NCBI GenBank assembly: GCA_003194445.1
Contig: PQXF01000011.1
Span: forward strand, 49,201-90,942
Reading direction: 5' to 3'
Source of the DNA: Candidatus Methanogaster sp.
GTDB lineage: Archaea; Halobacteriota; Methanosarcinia; Methanosarcinales; Methanogasteraceae
DNA length: 41,742 nucleotides
The notes under the pieces were generated by a model. The model made no database searches and was not told the origin of the DNA. It saw only the letters and a list, made by a program, of their open reading frames with translations. Numbering within the stretch: the first letter of the stretch is position 1; every line of letters starts with the position of its first letter. The position numbers and the translations under genes were made by a program. This document shows positions 39,627 through 41,742 of this stretch, one piece after another.

Positions 39627-40957
39627 AGGCACAACAGATACTCTGCTGCTACAACGTTAACATCGATTCGGTGTGCACCGTCGATGGCGCAAAGGTTGCT
39701 GAATACTTAAGAGACTACAAGATTACAGATCCTCCGGAATCAATTGACCTGATCCGCGACATGAGTGATCTTCTTGCGCTTCTACTTGTGTGCATGAGAC
39801 GCGGAACCGGCGGCGAGTACCAGCTTGAACTGCCTGCTGCCATAGGTGAGTTGTCGTCTCTGGTAAAGGATGAACCAGTGCTGCGCCTGGGCGGAAACGC
39901 AGGAATCGCTGCGGACGTCCTCTCCAAACTCGGAGCCGCGGTCGTAATCCCGAATGTGGCGTCCCTGTCAAGGAAACAGGCAGACTTGCTTGCAGGAGAC
40001 GCTATACAGATTCCGGTTTACAGGGATAGGGATGGCGACATCGTTTTATCAAAGCCGTGCGATGCTGTCAGGGACGAGAGAGATTCCATACATCATGTCT
40101 TCGATTTCAAAAAAGGCGAGGAGATAGTACTGCCCGACCAGACGATCAGAGCACCGTGCGACAACCGCCTCATAGCAACGTATGATCCGAAAAACATAGC
40201 CATCTACGTCGATCCGGCATTCGAGGATTTTTCTGATGCGCATATCAGGGAGATGGACGGCGTACTGGTTGCAGGGCTTCACATGCTACAGGGACTATAC
40301 CCGGACAGATCGACGTACCTCGATCGGATGCGCCGCATCACAGCGCAACTACAGGGATGGAAATCGTCAAACCCGGATCTTTTGATGCATTTCGAGTCAG
40401 GTGATTTTCTGAATAGCAGGATCCAGGATTATGTGATCGCAAGCATCTCAGGCATCGTGGACAGCATAGGAATGAACGAACAAGAGTTTCTCGGGGATGA
40501 TGCCAGTGTTTCAGGCAAGGATATCATCGAAAAATCGGTAGAGATGATCGAAGAACTGGGGATGTCGAGATTATGCGTCCACGCCCGGGATTTTATCGTC
40601 AGCACCTTTGATCCTGCCTATATCGATCCGGCAGCCGAGATCGATGCGCTGAATGCGGGCGCAGCCGCGTCTGCCGTACGTGCAGAGAGGGGGTATGTGG
40701 ATAAAGACATGCTTCCTGATGCGGCAAGGGATATGGTGCCGAACGGTTCCGGGGTTCGTGAATGCTCAACGGTTCAGGAATATTTTGGTGGAATGAAGGC
40801 CGGAGATGGAGTGCACATAACATTGGGCGGTTACTCTGTCTGCATCGTGCCGTCACTCTGGTGCGAGCACCCGGTAACTACGGTTGGTCTGGGCGATACC
40901 ATGACCGCGGCGGTCTTCCTGCGGGAACTTGAACTTACGCACCGCAACCAAGGTTGA
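39599..40957 (+). CDS. ADP-dependent sugar kinase (ADP-dependent glucokinase/phosphofructokinase family)
   Basis: 452 aa; N-terminal ILCCYNVNIDSV (ADP-PFK/GK signature), internal NxxE region, and C-terminal TVGLGDTMTAAVFL catalytic GxGD motif; start overlaps the upstream ORF by 28 nt. Confidence 0.65.
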   Translation: MHLGSRGGMKAQQILCCYNVNIDSVCTVDGAKVAEYLRDYKITDPPESIDLIRDMSDLLALLLVCMRRGTGGEYQLELPAAIGELSSLVKDEPVLRLGGNAGIAADVLSKLGAAVVIPNVASLSRKQADLLAGDAIQIPVYRDRDGDIVLSKPCDAVRDERDSIHHVFDFKKGEEIVLPDQTIRAPCDNRLIATYDPKNIAIYVDPAFEDFSDAHIREMDGVLVAGLHMLQGLYPDRSTYLDRMRRITAQLQGWKSSNPDLLMHFESGDFLNSRIQDYVIASISGIVDSIGMNEQEFLGDDASVSGKDIIEKSVEMIEELGMSRLCVHARDFIVSTFDPAYIDPAAEIDALNAGAAASAVRAERGYVDKDMLPDAARDMVPNGSGVRECSTVQEYFGGMKAGDGVHITLGGYSVCIVPSLWCEHPVTTVGLGDTMTAAVFLRELELTHRNQG

Positions 40958-41142
40958 TGGGTCTTCGAATTCCGCGAATATGGCTGTCAGAATCCGTATC
41001 CACTTCAAAAAGCATGGTAAAACTCATCTCCAGTCTTTCTAAAAATATACGAAAAACATCAATCTGTGTTCATATCAAGTAGGGCCCATAGCACACCTCT
41101 TGTTTGGGGTAATGGCCCCGAGGTTACCGTGAGCCCCCTCAC

Positions 41143-41176
41143 AGAACCGGACTTGAAGATTTCCCTCATCCGGCTC
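41143..41176 (-). other. group II intron catalytic domain V hairpin
   Basis: The minus-strand RNA reads GAGCCGGAUGAGGGAAAUCUUCAAGUCCGGUUCU: AGC catalytic triad, GAAA tetraloop, 2-nt bulge on the 3' strand, and a basal helix GAGCCGGA/UCCGGUUC with an A·U and a G·U at the triad. Confidence 0.6.
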
Positions 41177-41243
41177 TTCAGAAGCACATCCTCTACAGAT
41201 TCAGGTGTATAGTGATTGATATATCTTCGGCTTCGGGAGCGGA

Positions 41244-41742
41244 TTAAATTGCAGAAAACGATTGAACTAAAGCCCAGTTGTAGCTTTTCCTCTGGCTGCG
41301 ACGATTGATCCATTTGAAAGCAAGTCTCACGACATGGTGGTAGAAGTTCTGCAACGATCGTATGTTCCCGCTCATTCCGTAGTAGCGGTAATGTCCGAGC
41401 AGCTTTAGTTCCAGCACCTTCCACCATTCTTTCAGTTGGACAAGATTTCGGATACGCTTCAGCCAAATATTCATCTCCGTCATCTTCTGTCTGAACTTCT
41501 TGCGCGAAGTCTTCCGCCCAAGCTTAAACTTGCCTTTTCTGGTCGTATCGCAGAAATGTGTAAACCCTAAGAAATCAAAGGTCTCACATTTCAGGCCATA
41601 TTTCTTCGCTCCCATGCAGGGGCATCGTCCGAACTTGATAATCTTACTCAATTCTCTCAGATATCGTAAGTCCAAATTTGCCCATACGCCGTCTCAGTTC
41701 TTCCCCAAATACTCTGGCTTCGACTTCTTTCTCGAAACAAAC
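41244..41742 (-). CDS. group II intron-encoded protein (RT thumb/maturase X domain), C-terminal fragment; the upstream part appears frameshifted
   Basis: ...KCETFDFLGFTHFCDTTRKGKFKLGRKTSRKKFRQKM... and ...LLGHYRYYGMSGNIRSLQNFYHHVVRLAFKWINRRSQRKSYNWA are typical of domain X. Upstream of 41680 the RT-like sequence (...EELRRRMGKFGLTISE) continues in a different frame. Confidence 0.5.

Larger units (their letters stand above)
41090..41742 (-). mobile_element. group II intron, 3' portion (domain IV ORF end, domains V and VI); runs off the window edge
   Basis: A maturase/thumb-domain ORF (FDFLGFTHF..., LLGHYRYYGMSGN...) is followed 68 nt later by a canonical 34-nt domain V. The 3' boundary is approximate to about 20 nt. 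Confidence 0.55.

Noticed and set aside
41059-41466. 135-aa ORF overlapping the intron region
   Set aside because: It overlaps the intron maturase ORF and domain V in a different frame and has no protein-like features; judged spurious.

Overview
The window is 41.7 kb of archaeal DNA with euryarchaeal, methanogen-like gene content. The recognisable genes are:
- a 23S-5S rRNA pair with no adjacent 16S gene
- ileS
- an archaeal Ogg2-type 8-oxoguanine glycosylase
- CbiH
- an ADP-dependent sugar kinase
- a PTPS/QueD-like protein
- an MIT-domain Vps4-like ATPase next to an ESCRT-III-like protein

Toxin-antitoxin content is very dense: three MNT-HEPN pairs, two RelE-type modules (one toxin frameshifted), a HicB with a degraded HicA, and an AT-rich two-gene cassette. 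Two of these cassettes are each flanked by roughly 150-bp direct repeats copied from the 3' end of a neighbouring gene (a zinc-ribbon tail and a dockerin module).

The most notable region is a tightly packed, co-directional nine-gene cluster on the minus strand (12908..23372). None of its genes has a recognisable enzymatic domain. It encodes:
- a flotillin/SPFH protein with terminal zinc ribbons
- a double-zinc-ribbon protein
- long coiled-coil proteins
- a HEAT-repeat protein
- three tandem helical paralogs
- two proteins sharing a glycine-rich KQVAGGDI C-terminal tail

It looks like an uncharacterised membrane-scaffold or cytoskeleton-like system.

The window also holds the 3' part of a group II intron with a clear catalytic domain V (at the window edge), a frameshifted transglutaminase-like gene, a SWIM zinc-finger protein, a beta-propeller membrane protein, and an AT-rich island beside the rRNA genes. 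No CRISPR array or tRNA gene was found.
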